Shown here one piece after another: positions 1 through 8,082 of a stretch of DNA of 64,000 bases. The notes under the pieces were generated by a model. That model saw only the letters and a program-made list of their open reading frames with translations, searched no databases and was not told the origin of the DNA. The DNA is from Bradyrhizobiaceae bacterium (lineage in GTDB: Bacteria; Pseudomonadota; Alphaproteobacteria; Rhizobiales; Xanthobacteraceae): assembly GCA_044463945.1 (NCBI GenBank), contig JBIQLW010000019.1, positions 8,990 through 72,989 on the forward strand, written 5' to 3'. The position numbers and the translations under genes are program-made. How positions within the stretch are numbered: position 1 is the first letter of the stretch; every line of letters begins with the position of its first letter.

Positions 1-833
1 CGGCTGCCGATCACCAGCAGATAAAGGCCAAACGCGGTTTCCAGCGTCCGCTTCGACAGCCTGTGCGCCACCCGGACGCCGAGCGGCGCCACCAGGAGGC
101 TGATCGGCATCACCAGCAGCACGCCGATCAGCGAGATATAGCCGAGCGCGAACGGAAGCTGGAGCGCGCTTACGTCGGGAAAGCGCGTGGCGGCGGGCCA
201 GCCGGCATAGATATAGCCAAGCGCGCCGGGGATCGAGATCAGAACCCCGAGGCCGGACGAGGTGGCGACCGACTGATGGATCGGACGGTTGTAGAACGTC
301 ATCAGCAGGTTCGAGAACAGCCCGCCGCCGATTCCCATCAGGCTCGACAGCAGGCCGACGCCCACGCCGTATACCTTCATCAGCGGCCCGCGCGGCAGGT
401 CGTCGCCGAGCCGCCACGTCTCGCGGGCGAACAGCAGCCGCACCGCCGCCGACCACGCCACCACCATGAACACGATCTTGAACAGCCGTTCGGGCGCATA
501 GCGCGCGATGATGCTGCCGGCGATGACGCCGACCAGCACCGGAACCGCCCAGCGCCGCAGCACGTCCATGTCGACCGCGCCGCGCGCGCGATGCGCGCGA
601 TAGGAGCGGATCGAGGTCGGGATGATGATCGCCAGCGAGGTTCCGATGCACAGCGGCATCCGCACTTCGAGCGGAACGCCCGCGATGCGGAAACATTCGT
701 AGAAGACCGGCACCAGCACCGCGCCGCCGCCGATGCCGAACAGGCCGGCGAGGAACCCGGCGGTGATGCCGCCGACGACAAGCAGCAGCACCAGTTCGAT
801 CACCTGGGCGTCGTTCAGTCCGGTGGTCAGCAT
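1..833 (-). CDS. TauE/SafE-family anion (sulfite) exporter-like membrane protein; 3' end cut by window edge
   Basis: Own translation of the minus strand from ATG (complement of 831-833): MLTTGLNDAQVIELVLLLVVGGITAGFLAGLFGIGGGAVLVPVFYE... Multi-TM with GIGGG segments near both ends. Absent from the ORF track because it runs off the window. Confidence 0.8.
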   Translation of the reverse strand, partial: MLTTGLNDAQVIELVLLLVVGGITAGFLAGLFGIGGGAVLVPVFYECFRIAGVPLEVRMPLCIGTSLAIIIPTSIRSYRAHRARGAVDMDVLRRWAVPVLVGVIAGSIIARYAPERLFKIVFMVVAWSAAVRLLFARETWRLGDDLPRGPLMKVYGVGVGLLSSLMGIGGGLFSNLLMTFYNRPIHQSVATSSGLGVLISIPGALGYIYAGWPAATRFPDVSALQLPFALGYISLIGVLLVMPISLLVAPLGVRVAHRLSKRTLETAFGLYLLVIGS

Positions 834-1032
834 GACATTCCCGTTTTCCCGGCGTCGCTCGTGCTCGCCGCATCCCTTCAGGCACGAACCGGGCCTCGGG
901 CGCAATGGTGTTGCGCGGCCTGAGTGCAATCGGAGGTATCGCGGGAACAGCGCCGGTAAGGATTCGTTAAAGGAGTGAATTGGTATTCAAGATCGGCGAA
1001 TTGATCGTTGCGCTCAGTCTTTTGACCTCGTA

Positions 1033-1049
1033 AATAGAATTGCTCTACC
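1033..1049. promoter_or_regulatory. Weak Irr/ICE-like motif upstream of sdhC
   Basis: AATAGAA-TTG-CTCTACC versus the remembered ICE consensus TTTAGAA-N3-TTCTAAA; TAGAA core kept, right half 4/7. Confidence 0.2.
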
Positions 1050-1108
1050 CGATCTCTCCACGTCGGGCAGCGTCTCGCGCCTGCATCTGAAAACAGCCAA
1101 AGGCAGCC

Positions 1109-1507
1109 ATGACCGCCAGGACCGACCGACCGCTTTCACCGCACCTTCAAACCTATCGCTGGACGCTGACGATGGCGATGTCCATCATCCATCGCGCGAC
1201 CGGCATCGCCCTCTATTTCGGCACCATCCTGCTGGCGTGGTGGCTGATGGCGGTGGCATCGGGGCCGGGGGCTTATGCCATCTTCGCCTCGTTCATCGAG
1301 AGCTGGATCGGCCGCCTGATCGTGCTCGGCTACACCTGGGCGCTGATGCATCATCTGGCGAGCGGCATCCGCCATTTCGTCTGGGACCTTGGCTACGGCT
1401 TCGGTCCGGCCGAGCGTGAGGGGCTGACCTGGGCCGCGCTGATCGGCGGCATCGTCCTCACCGTCCTGTTGTGGGTTCTGGCCTATGCGTTCGGAGGCGG
1501 CCGATGA
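1109..1507 (+). CDS. sdhC: Succinate dehydrogenase cytochrome b556 subunit
   Basis: [18 protein letters not shown]... SdhC signature N-terminus, 3 TM helices; first gene of the sdhCDAB order. Confidence 0.95.
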   Translation: MTARTDRPLSPHLQTYRWTLTMAMSIIHRATGIALYFGTILLAWWLMAVASGPGAYAIFASFIESWIGRLIVLGYTWALMHHLASGIRHFVWDLGYGFGPAEREGLTWAALIGGIVLTVLLWVLAYAFGGGR

Positions 1508-1914
1508 GCAATGTGCCCTTTTCCGATCCGTCATCGAAGCGCACGGCGCTGAAGGGCGTGCGCGGCCTCGGCGCGTCCGGGGCCAGCGCCACCTCGGACT
1601 TCTGGTGGCAGCGGGTCACCGCCGTCGGCATGTTGCTGTTGAGCGTTCCCGTCGCCGTCATCGTCATGATGCTGCTCGGCCGCAATCAAGCCGGCGCCGG
1701 ACAGATCCTCGGCACGCCGCTGGTGGCGCTGATCATGCTGCTGTTCGTGGTCGCCAGCACCTGGCACATGAAGATCGGGATGCAGGTCATCATCGAGGAC
1801 TACATCCACGGCGAGAAGGCCAAGCTGGTCGCGATCCTCGCCAATAACTTCTTCTCGGTCGCGGTGGCGCTGGCGTCGGCCTACGCGATCTTCAAACTGT
1901 CATCTGGAGTGTAG
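1504..1914 (+). CDS. sdhD: Succinate dehydrogenase hydrophobic membrane anchor
   Basis: ATGA overlap with the sdhC stop (1504-1507); [26 protein letters not shown]...[10 protein letters not shown] typical alphaproteobacterial SdhD. The track ORF start at 1471 was rejected in favour of the coupled ATG. Confidence 0.9.
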   Translation: MSNVPFSDPSSKRTALKGVRGLGASGASATSDFWWQRVTAVGMLLLSVPVAVIVMMLLGRNQAGAGQILGTPLVALIMLLFVVASTWHMKIGMQVIIEDYIHGEKAKLVAILANNFFSVAVALASAYAIFKLSSGV

Positions 1915-1917
1915 CGC

Positions 1918-3747
1918 ATGGCGGCTCAAGGCAACGGCAGCGGAGCGCCCGCCACCAATGGACGCGCCTATCCGCTGGAGGACCACACCTACGACGTCGT
2001 GGTGGTCGGCGCCGGCGGCGCGGGCCTGCGTGCGGTGGTCGGATGCAGCGAGGCGGGCCTGCGCACCGCCTGCATCACCAAGGTGTTTCCGACCCGTTCG
2101 CATACCGTCGCCGCGCAGGGCGGCATCTCGGCCTCGCTCGGCAACATGCACCCGGACGACTGGCGCTGGCATATGTACGACACCGTGAAGGGGTCGGACT
2201 GGCTCGGCGACCAGGATTCCATCGAATACATGGTGCGCCACGCGCCCAAGGCCGTGTACGAGCTGGAGCACTGGGGCGTGCCGTTCTCGCGCACCGAGGA
2301 CGGCAAGATCTATCAGCGGCCGTTCGGCGGCATGACCATCGACTACGGCAAGGCCCAGGCGCAGCGCACCTGCGCCGCCGCCGACCGCACCGGCCACGCC
2401 ATGCTGCACACCATGTACGGGCAGGCGCTGCGCCATTCGGCCGAGTTCTTCATCGAGTTCTTCGCCATCGACCTCATCATGGACGATCAGGGCACGTGCC
2501 GCGGCGTCATTGCGCTTAAGCTCGACGACGGCACCCTGCACCGCTTCCGCGCCCAGACCACCATCCTCGCCACCGGCGGCTACGGCCGCGCCTACCAGTC
2601 CTGCACCTCGGCGCACACCTGCACCGGCGACGGCGGCGGCATGGCGCTGCGCGCCGGCATCGCCTTGCAGGACATGGAGTTCGTCCAGTTCCATCCAACC
2701 GGCATCTACGGCTCCGGCTGTCTCGTCACCGAAGGCGCGCGCGGCGAGGGCGGCTATCTGGTCAACTCGGAAGGCGAGCGCTTCATGGAGCGCTACGCGC
2801 CCTCCGCCAAGGACCTCGCCTCGCGCGACGTGGTGTCGCGCGCCATGACCATCGAGATTCGCGAAGGGCGTGGCGTCGGCAAGAACAAGGACCACATCTA
2901 TCTGCACCTCGATCATCTCGATCCGGCGGTGCTGCACGAGCGCCTGCCGGGCATCTCGGAATCGGCGCGCATCTTCGCCAATGTCGACGTGACGCGCGAG
3001 CCGATCCCGATGATCCCGACCGTCCACTACAACATGGGCGGCATCCCGACCAATTATCACGGCGAAGTCGTCACCAAGAAGAACGGCGACGACAACGCGG
3101 TGGTGCCCGGCCTGATGGCGGTGGGCGAGGCCGCCTGCGTCTCGGTGCACGGCGCCAACCGCCTCGGCTCCAATTCGCTGATCGACCTCGTGGTGTTCGG
3201 CCGCGCCGCCGCGCTGCGGCTGGCGGAGAAGCTCGCCGCCGGCGCCGAGCAGCCCGACCTGCCGGCCGATTCCGCCGACCGGGCGCTGGGCCGCCTCGAT
3301 CGCTTCCGCAACGCCAAGGGCGGCACGCCGACCGCGAAGCTGCGCGAGAACATGCAGCACGTCATGCAGAACAACTGCGCGGTGTTCCGCACCGGCGAGG
3401 TGCTTGAGGAAGGCCAGAAGAAGATCCACGAGGTCTTTGGCGGCATCGGCGATATCGCGGTGTTCGACCGCTCGCTGATCTGGAACACCGACCTGATGGA
3501 AACCCTGGAATACGACAACCTCATCGCCCAGGCGGTGGTGACGATGGATTCCGCCGCCAACCGCACCGAGAGCCGCGGCGCGCACGCGCGCGAGGACTAC
3601 CCCAATCGCGACGACCAGAACTGGATGAAACACACGCTGGCGTGGTTGAACGATCGCGGCGCCACCACGATCGACTATCGCCCGGTGCATGACTACACCA
3701 TGACCAACGACGTTCAGTACATCCCGCCGAAGGCGCGCGTGTATTGA
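1918..3747 (+). CDS. sdhA: Succinate dehydrogenase flavoprotein subunit
   Basis: [16 protein letters not shown] fold, [10 protein letters not shown] covalent-FAD His motif; 609 aa. Confidence 0.98.
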   Translation: MAAQGNGSGAPATNGRAYPLEDHTYDVVVVGAGGAGLRAVVGCSEAGLRTACITKVFPTRSHTVAAQGGISASLGNMHPDDWRWHMYDTVKGSDWLGDQDSIEYMVRHAPKAVYELEHWGVPFSRTEDGKIYQRPFGGMTIDYGKAQAQRTCAAADRTGHAMLHTMYGQALRHSAEFFIEFFAIDLIMDDQGTCRGVIALKLDDGTLHRFRAQTTILATGGYGRAYQSCTSAHTCTGDGGGMALRAGIALQDMEFVQFHPTGIYGSGCLVTEGARGEGGYLVNSEGERFMERYAPSAKDLASRDVVSRAMTIEIREGRGVGKNKDHIYLHLDHLDPAVLHERLPGISESARIFANVDVTREPIPMIPTVHYNMGGIPTNYHGEVVTKKNGDDNAVVPGLMAVGEAACVSVHGANRLGSNSLIDLVVFGRAAALRLAEKLAAGAEQPDLPADSADRALGRLDRFRNAKGGTPTAKLRENMQHVMQNNCAVFRTGEVLEEGQKKIHEVFGGIGDIAVFDRSLIWNTDLMETLEYDNLIAQAVVTMDSAANRTESRGAHAREDYPNRDDQNWMKHTLAWLNDRGATTIDYRPVHDYTMTNDVQYIPPKARVY

Positions 3748-3787
3748 TCCGGGACGATGCGTCGTGCGTGGGTTGAACCTGCGCATC

Positions 3788-3924
3788 GCCCCCGCCCCGC
3801 TCTCCTCCGCAAGCGGAGGAGGGATTAAGGGAGGGGGTGAATCGCCGGGTCCCATAGGCGAGCGAAGCGACGCCGTTCTTCGAACGGCTATGGGCGAGCG
3901 AGCGAGGCCGTTCTACGAACGGCT
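3788..3924. repeat. Structured intercistronic repeats between sdhA and sdhB (G/C-run palindrome plus two tandem hairpin units)
   Basis: Palindrome core CTCCTCCGC-AA-GCGGAGGAG with C-run and G-run arms (3788-3839). Tandem units at 3854-3889 and 3890-3924 each carry GCCGTTC-N3-GAACGGC. Confidence 0.6.
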
Positions 3925-3962
3925 ACGCCGGCGACGACGGGCAGAGAGCAAGGGCAGGACCG

Positions 3963-4748
3963 ATGGTTGAATTTGCGCTTCCGAAGAACTCCAAGATCAC
4001 CGGCGGCAAGACCTGGCCGAAGCCGGAGGGCGCCACCGAAACGCGCGAATTCCGCATTTATCGCTGGAATCCGGACGACGACAAGAATCCCAGCGTCGAT
4101 ACCTATTACGTCGATATCAACGATTGCGGCCCGATGGTGCTCGACGGCCTGATCTGGATCAAGAACAACATCGACCCGACGCTGGCGTTCCGCCGCTCCT
4201 GCCGCGAGGGCGTGTGCGGCTCCTGCGCCATGAACGTCGATGGCCAGAACTGCCTCGCTTGCACCACGTCGATGCACGACGTCGCCGAAGGCGGCGCGGT
4301 GAAGGTCAACCCGCTGCCGCATCAGCCGGTGGTCAAGGACCTGATCCCCGACCTCACCAACTTCTACGCGCAATACGCCTCGATCGAGCCATGGCTGCAC
4401 ACCACCACGCCGACGCCGCAGAAGGAATGGAAGCAGAGCAAGGACGACCGCGAGAAGCTCGACGGCCTCTACGAGTGCATCCTGTGCGCCTGCTGCTCGA
4501 CCTCGTGCCCGAGCTACTGGTGGAATCCCGACCGCTATCTCGGCCCGGCGGCGCTGTTGCAGGCCAACCGCTGGGTGATGGACAGCCGCGACGAGGCCAC
4601 CGGCGAGCGCCTCGATTTCGTCGAGGACGCCTTCCGGCTCTATCGCTGCCACACCATCATGAACTGCACCAAGGCGTGCCCGAAAGGGCTCAACCCGGCC
4701 AAGGCGATCGCCAACCTCAAGCTGAAGCTGGTCGAGCGCCAGACCTGA
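3963..4748 (+). CDS. sdhB: Succinate dehydrogenase iron-sulfur subunit
   Basis: [27 protein letters not shown] and [12 protein letters not shown] cluster motifs. Confidence 0.98.
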   Translation: MVEFALPKNSKITGGKTWPKPEGATETREFRIYRWNPDDDKNPSVDTYYVDINDCGPMVLDGLIWIKNNIDPTLAFRRSCREGVCGSCAMNVDGQNCLACTTSMHDVAEGGAVKVNPLPHQPVVKDLIPDLTNFYAQYASIEPWLHTTTPTPQKEWKQSKDDREKLDGLYECILCACCSTSCPSYWWNPDRYLGPAALLQANRWVMDSRDEATGERLDFVEDAFRLYRCHTIMNCTKACPKGLNPAKAIANLKLKLVERQT

Positions 4749-4764
4749 ACGCGGATGGGCTGTC

Positions 4765-5148
4765 GTGATCGATCACATCGGCTTCCCGGTATCCGACTAC
4801 GAACGCGCCAAGGCGTTCTATAGCGCCGCCCTGGCGCCGCTCGGCTACGCGCTGCTGATGGAGGTTCGCCAGTCGGATAACGACGCGCCCGCCGCCGGCT
4901 TCGGCGCGAACGGCAAGCCGGATTTCTGGATCGGCGGCGAAGGCGGTCTCGGCAAACCGCTTCATGTCGCGATCCTCGCCAGCGACCGCGCCGCGGTCGA
5001 TGCCTTTTACCGCGCTGCGATCGCGGCCGGCGGGCGCGACAACGGCGCTCCCGGCATTCGCGCGCACTATCATCCCGACTACTACGGCGCTTTCGTGCTC
5101 GACCCGGACGGGCATAATATTGAAGCTGTCTGTCACGCGCCGGTCTGA
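4765..5148 (+). CDS. VOC/glyoxalase-bleomycin resistance family protein
   Basis: MIDHIGFPVSDYERAKAFY...HVAI...DPDGHNIEAV; typical glyoxalase-fold beta-alpha-beta motifs. Confidence 0.85.
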   Translation: MIDHIGFPVSDYERAKAFYSAALAPLGYALLMEVRQSDNDAPAAGFGANGKPDFWIGGEGGLGKPLHVAILASDRAAVDAFYRAAIAAGGRDNGAPGIRAHYHPDYYGAFVLDPDGHNIEAVCHAPV

Positions 5149-5401
5149 TTCAGGCCGCGATCCAGAAAGGTGGAAGTCCGCAAATTTCTCGACACGATCC
5201 GGGCCGCATAGCGGTCTTCTGCTCATGCGTGCTGAACCGAGGTCGAGTCGAAGCCGTCGCCTGGAGACGCGACGCGCGGGGCGATGGCAAGTTGGCGCGC
5301 CAGCCTGCTCTCGGCAATGCAAGTTGCATCGCCACCCAAGTGCATCGCCACCTCAGTGGCTGAGCGGAAACGTTTTTGTACAGAGGTACACCACGATAAT
5401 C

Positions 5402-5507
5402 CGTCATACTCCGCGAAAGCGGAGTATCCAGGACTCTTTGTTGGATCAAATTTCTCTCGCGACCGCCACGGATTGCTGGATCGTCCGCCTTCGCGGACAA
5501 TGACGCC
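5402..5507. repeat. REP family C copy 1 (two-hairpin ~105-bp element)
   Basis: CCGTCATACTCCGCGAAAGCGGAGTATCCAGG...CTGGATCGTCCGCCTTCGCGGACAATGACGCC; same architecture at 33667, 41051 and 58409, half copy at 46941. Confidence 0.7.
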
Positions 5508-5556
5508 CTATTTCCGGTCAGACGCTCAGGATCACCCTCTCGCGCGGACCTCGCTT

Positions 5557-5601
5557 CATCATGCTCTGAACTCATCATGCTCTGAACTCATCGTGCTCTG
5601 A
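5557..5601. repeat. Tandem 16-bp repeat (2.8 units)
   Basis: CATCATGCTCTGAACT x2 followed by CATCGTGCTCTGA. Confidence 0.75.
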
Positions 5602-5804
5602 CGACGGAAACGTCGTCCTCATCTGCAGAATGTATCCAGAGCGGACCTGGGACGCCTTATAGGCGAAGTCTATCGGGATCAGATGAAGCAGGGACCAGTG
5701 CTGTGCATTCCGGCATCTTGCATTCAAGTATCTGATATATATGAAAATCTGCCATTCCTTATGGTATGCGGAATCCCATCGCGGCGGATTGCGCAAAAAA
5801 ATCT

Positions 5805-5833
5805 TGGATACATAAATTGACTTCTGGATACAT
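5805..5833. promoter_or_regulatory. Direct repeat TGGATACAT x2 (20-bp phasing) in an AT-rich stretch just upstream of the ABC operon; candidate operator/promoter
   Basis: TGGATACAT at 5805-5813 and 5825-5833, with TTGACT between them. It lies 49-77 bp upstream of the first permease start in the only AT-rich stretch of this region. Confidence 0.3.
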
Positions 5834-5881
5834 CTAGCTCAGTTTGCCCGCCAACTTCAGGCTGGGGTTGGGGAGGGGCCG

Positions 5882-6868
5882 GTGAGCAGCAGCTTAAGCG
5901 CGCGTGGGCCGAAACTGACGCAGACGGTGGCGGTTCTCGCCATGTGCGCGATTCTGATCGTGCTTTTTTCGATCTTCCTGAACGGCTTTCTGACGCTGGG
6001 CAATCTGTTCGCGCTGGCGCGCAACGTCTCCATTCTCGGCATTCTGGCGCTCGGCATGGCCGTGGTGGTGATCGGCCGCGGGCTCGATCTCTCCCAGGTC
6101 GCCACCTTCGCCGCGTCCACCGCCATAGCCATCATCCTGATGAACTCCGGCTATACCACGCCGGTCGCGCTGCTGATCGGATTCGCCATGGCGGTCGGCA
6201 TCGGCATCCTCAACGGTTTCATGATCGCGGTGATCGAGATGCCGGCGCTGCTCACCACGCTGGCGTCGAGTCTCGCGGTGCTCGGCATCACCCGCACCGC
6301 CGCCGTGCAGCACTACGTCGTCTATCTGTCCAAGGGGCACGAGGACTTCCTCAGGCTCGGCGGAAATATCTGGGGCGGCGTGCCGATCTCGCTCTTGATC
6401 TTCGTGGCGACCGCGGTGGCGGTCCATCTGTTCCTGTCGCGCACGGTGGCCGGACGTTTCATCTACGCGCACGGCGACAATCCCGATGCGGCGCGGCTCA
6501 GCGGCCTGCCGACCCGCCCGCTGACCATGCTCGAATACGCGCTGTCCGCGGCCATCGGCTATATCGGCGGCGTGATGATGGTGGCGCAGACCGCGCTGAT
6601 GCATCTGCAGGTCGCGGAATCGACGCTGATCTTCGACGTCATCATGGTGGTCGTGCTGGGCGGCGTCAGCCTCGTCGGCGGCCGCGGCAACGTCATGAGC
6701 GTGGTCGCCGGCACGCTGCTGATCGGCGTGCTGCTGAACGGCATGACCATCATGGACATGGACGTGCAGACCCAGAACATCGTCAAGGGCGTCGTGCTGC
6801 TGATCGCGATCGTGCTGGATTCGCGGCTGTACCCGCGCGACGAGGAGACGTCCAAGCAAGGCGACTGA
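5882..6868 (+). CDS. Sugar (CUT2/ribose-type) ABC transporter permease
   Basis: RbsC-like multi-TM protein: GFLTLGNLFALARNVSILGILALGMAVVVIGRGLDLS...; GTG start as in the track, exact start uncertain. Confidence 0.9.
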   Translation: MSSSLSARGPKLTQTVAVLAMCAILIVLFSIFLNGFLTLGNLFALARNVSILGILALGMAVVVIGRGLDLSQVATFAASTAIAIILMNSGYTTPVALLIGFAMAVGIGILNGFMIAVIEMPALLTTLASSLAVLGITRTAAVQHYVVYLSKGHEDFLRLGGNIWGGVPISLLIFVATAVAVHLFLSRTVAGRFIYAHGDNPDAARLSGLPTRPLTMLEYALSAAIGYIGGVMMVAQTALMHLQVAESTLIFDVIMVVVLGGVSLVGGRGNVMSVVAGTLLIGVLLNGMTIMDMDVQTQNIVKGVVLLIAIVLDSRLYPRDEETSKQGD

Positions 6869-6928
6869 CCACAACGCTTCATCCGCCGGCCGCGGCAAAC
6901 GGCCGTATTGAAACAAGGGAGGATAGAC

Positions 6929-7939
6929 ATGAGGACATCGATGAAACGGAATCTGCTGGCCGGCATCGGCCTTGCGGTCGCGGCCTGTCTGGTGGCGGCG
7001 TCCGCGTCGCAGGCGGCCGGGCCGCGCGAGCAGTTGCGCGAGAGCTTCGACAAGGCGCTGAAGGGCAAGACGGTCGCCTGGTCGCCGGTGTGGCTCGGCG
7101 TCCTCGAGTCGCAGTGGACCGAGGTGATGAAGTCCCGCTTCGACGACTACGGCATCAAGCTGATCACCCGCGACCCCAACATGAAATCCGATGTTCAGTT
7201 GCAGACGATCAGCGATTACATCAACGAGAAGCCGGACGTCATCGTCGTTCAGAACCCCAACGTCACCCTGCTGGCCCGCGAATTGAAGCGGGCGATGGAC
7301 GCGGGGATCTACGTGGTTCAGGTCAACATGGCCTCCAACACGCTGACCGATGCCTATGTCGGCGTCGATGCCTGGGACATGGGCCGCAAGCTCGCGCGCG
7401 AGGTGATCAGCGAGTGCGGCGGCGGCAAGGGCTCGGGCAAGATCGCGATCCTCGAAGGCGAGGCCACGGCGGCCTATTCCCTCGACATGAAGAACGGCGC
7501 GATGGAGGTGTTCAAGACCGATCCGTCGGTCAAGGTGGTCTCCTCGCAGCCCACGAGCTGGGACGCCAACAAGGCCGGCGACATCACCGCCACGGTGTTG
7601 CAGCAGAACCCGGATCTGTGTGCGATCTTGAGTGTCTGGGGGCCGCAGACCGCCGGCGCGGCACAGGCGATCAAGGCCGCGGGCAAGGGTGATCAGGTGA
7701 AAGTGTTCGTCGCCAGCGACGGCCAGCCGGCCGACTGCGATCTTCTGGAGCAGGGCGCTTTCTATCGCAACCTGTCCTATCGCGCCGACGTGCAGGGCCA
7801 GACCATCGCGGACGCCGTGATCGCGCTGCTTCAAAGCGGCGAGAAGCCGGGCAGCAAGAAGATCGCCTATTATTCCACGCCGGCCTGGGTGAAGTCGAAG
7901 GATGACCGGAAGTACTGCTTCTCGGTGTCCAAGAAGTAA
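6929..7939 (+). CDS. Periplasmic sugar-binding protein of the ABC transporter
   Basis: ATG at 6929 preceded by AAGGGAGGA. Signal peptide MRTSMKRNLLAGIGLAVAACLVAASASQAAG, then a PBP type-I sugar-binding fold. Confidence 0.9.
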   Translation: MRTSMKRNLLAGIGLAVAACLVAASASQAAGPREQLRESFDKALKGKTVAWSPVWLGVLESQWTEVMKSRFDDYGIKLITRDPNMKSDVQLQTISDYINEKPDVIVVQNPNVTLLARELKRAMDAGIYVVQVNMASNTLTDAYVGVDAWDMGRKLAREVISECGGGKGSGKIAILEGEATAAYSLDMKNGAMEVFKTDPSVKVVSSQPTSWDANKAGDITATVLQQNPDLCAILSVWGPQTAGAAQAIKAAGKGDQVKVFVASDGQPADCDLLEQGAFYRNLSYRADVQGQTIADAVIALLQSGEKPGSKKIAYYSTPAWVKSKDDRKYCFSVSKK

Positions 7940-8082
7940 CTTAAGGGCGCGAAGTCACTGACGGCGGCCCGCGCCGGACGCGACGCGGGCCTCCCGATCC
8001 GATCGAAAGCCGCTTTCATTTCTCCAGCCGACTCGTTTCTCAAGACGCCGGCCCCGCGCGGGCCGGAACCGGATTTGCGTCG

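Noticed and set aside
63-923. 286-aa plus-strand ORF at the window start
   Set aside because: Arg/His/Asp/Gln-rich low-complexity translation. It lies antisense to a convincing TauE/SafE membrane protein gene, so it is a classic high-GC shadow ORF.
1900-3855. 651-aa minus-strand ORF
   Set aside because: Antisense shadow of sdhA; Arg/Ala/Gly/His-rich, with no domain-like motifs.
5894-7834. 646-aa minus-strand ORF and the 582-aa plus-strand ORF at 5944-7692
   Set aside because: Both overlap the permease and binding-protein genes in other frames or on the other strand. Their composition is typical of shadow ORFs.
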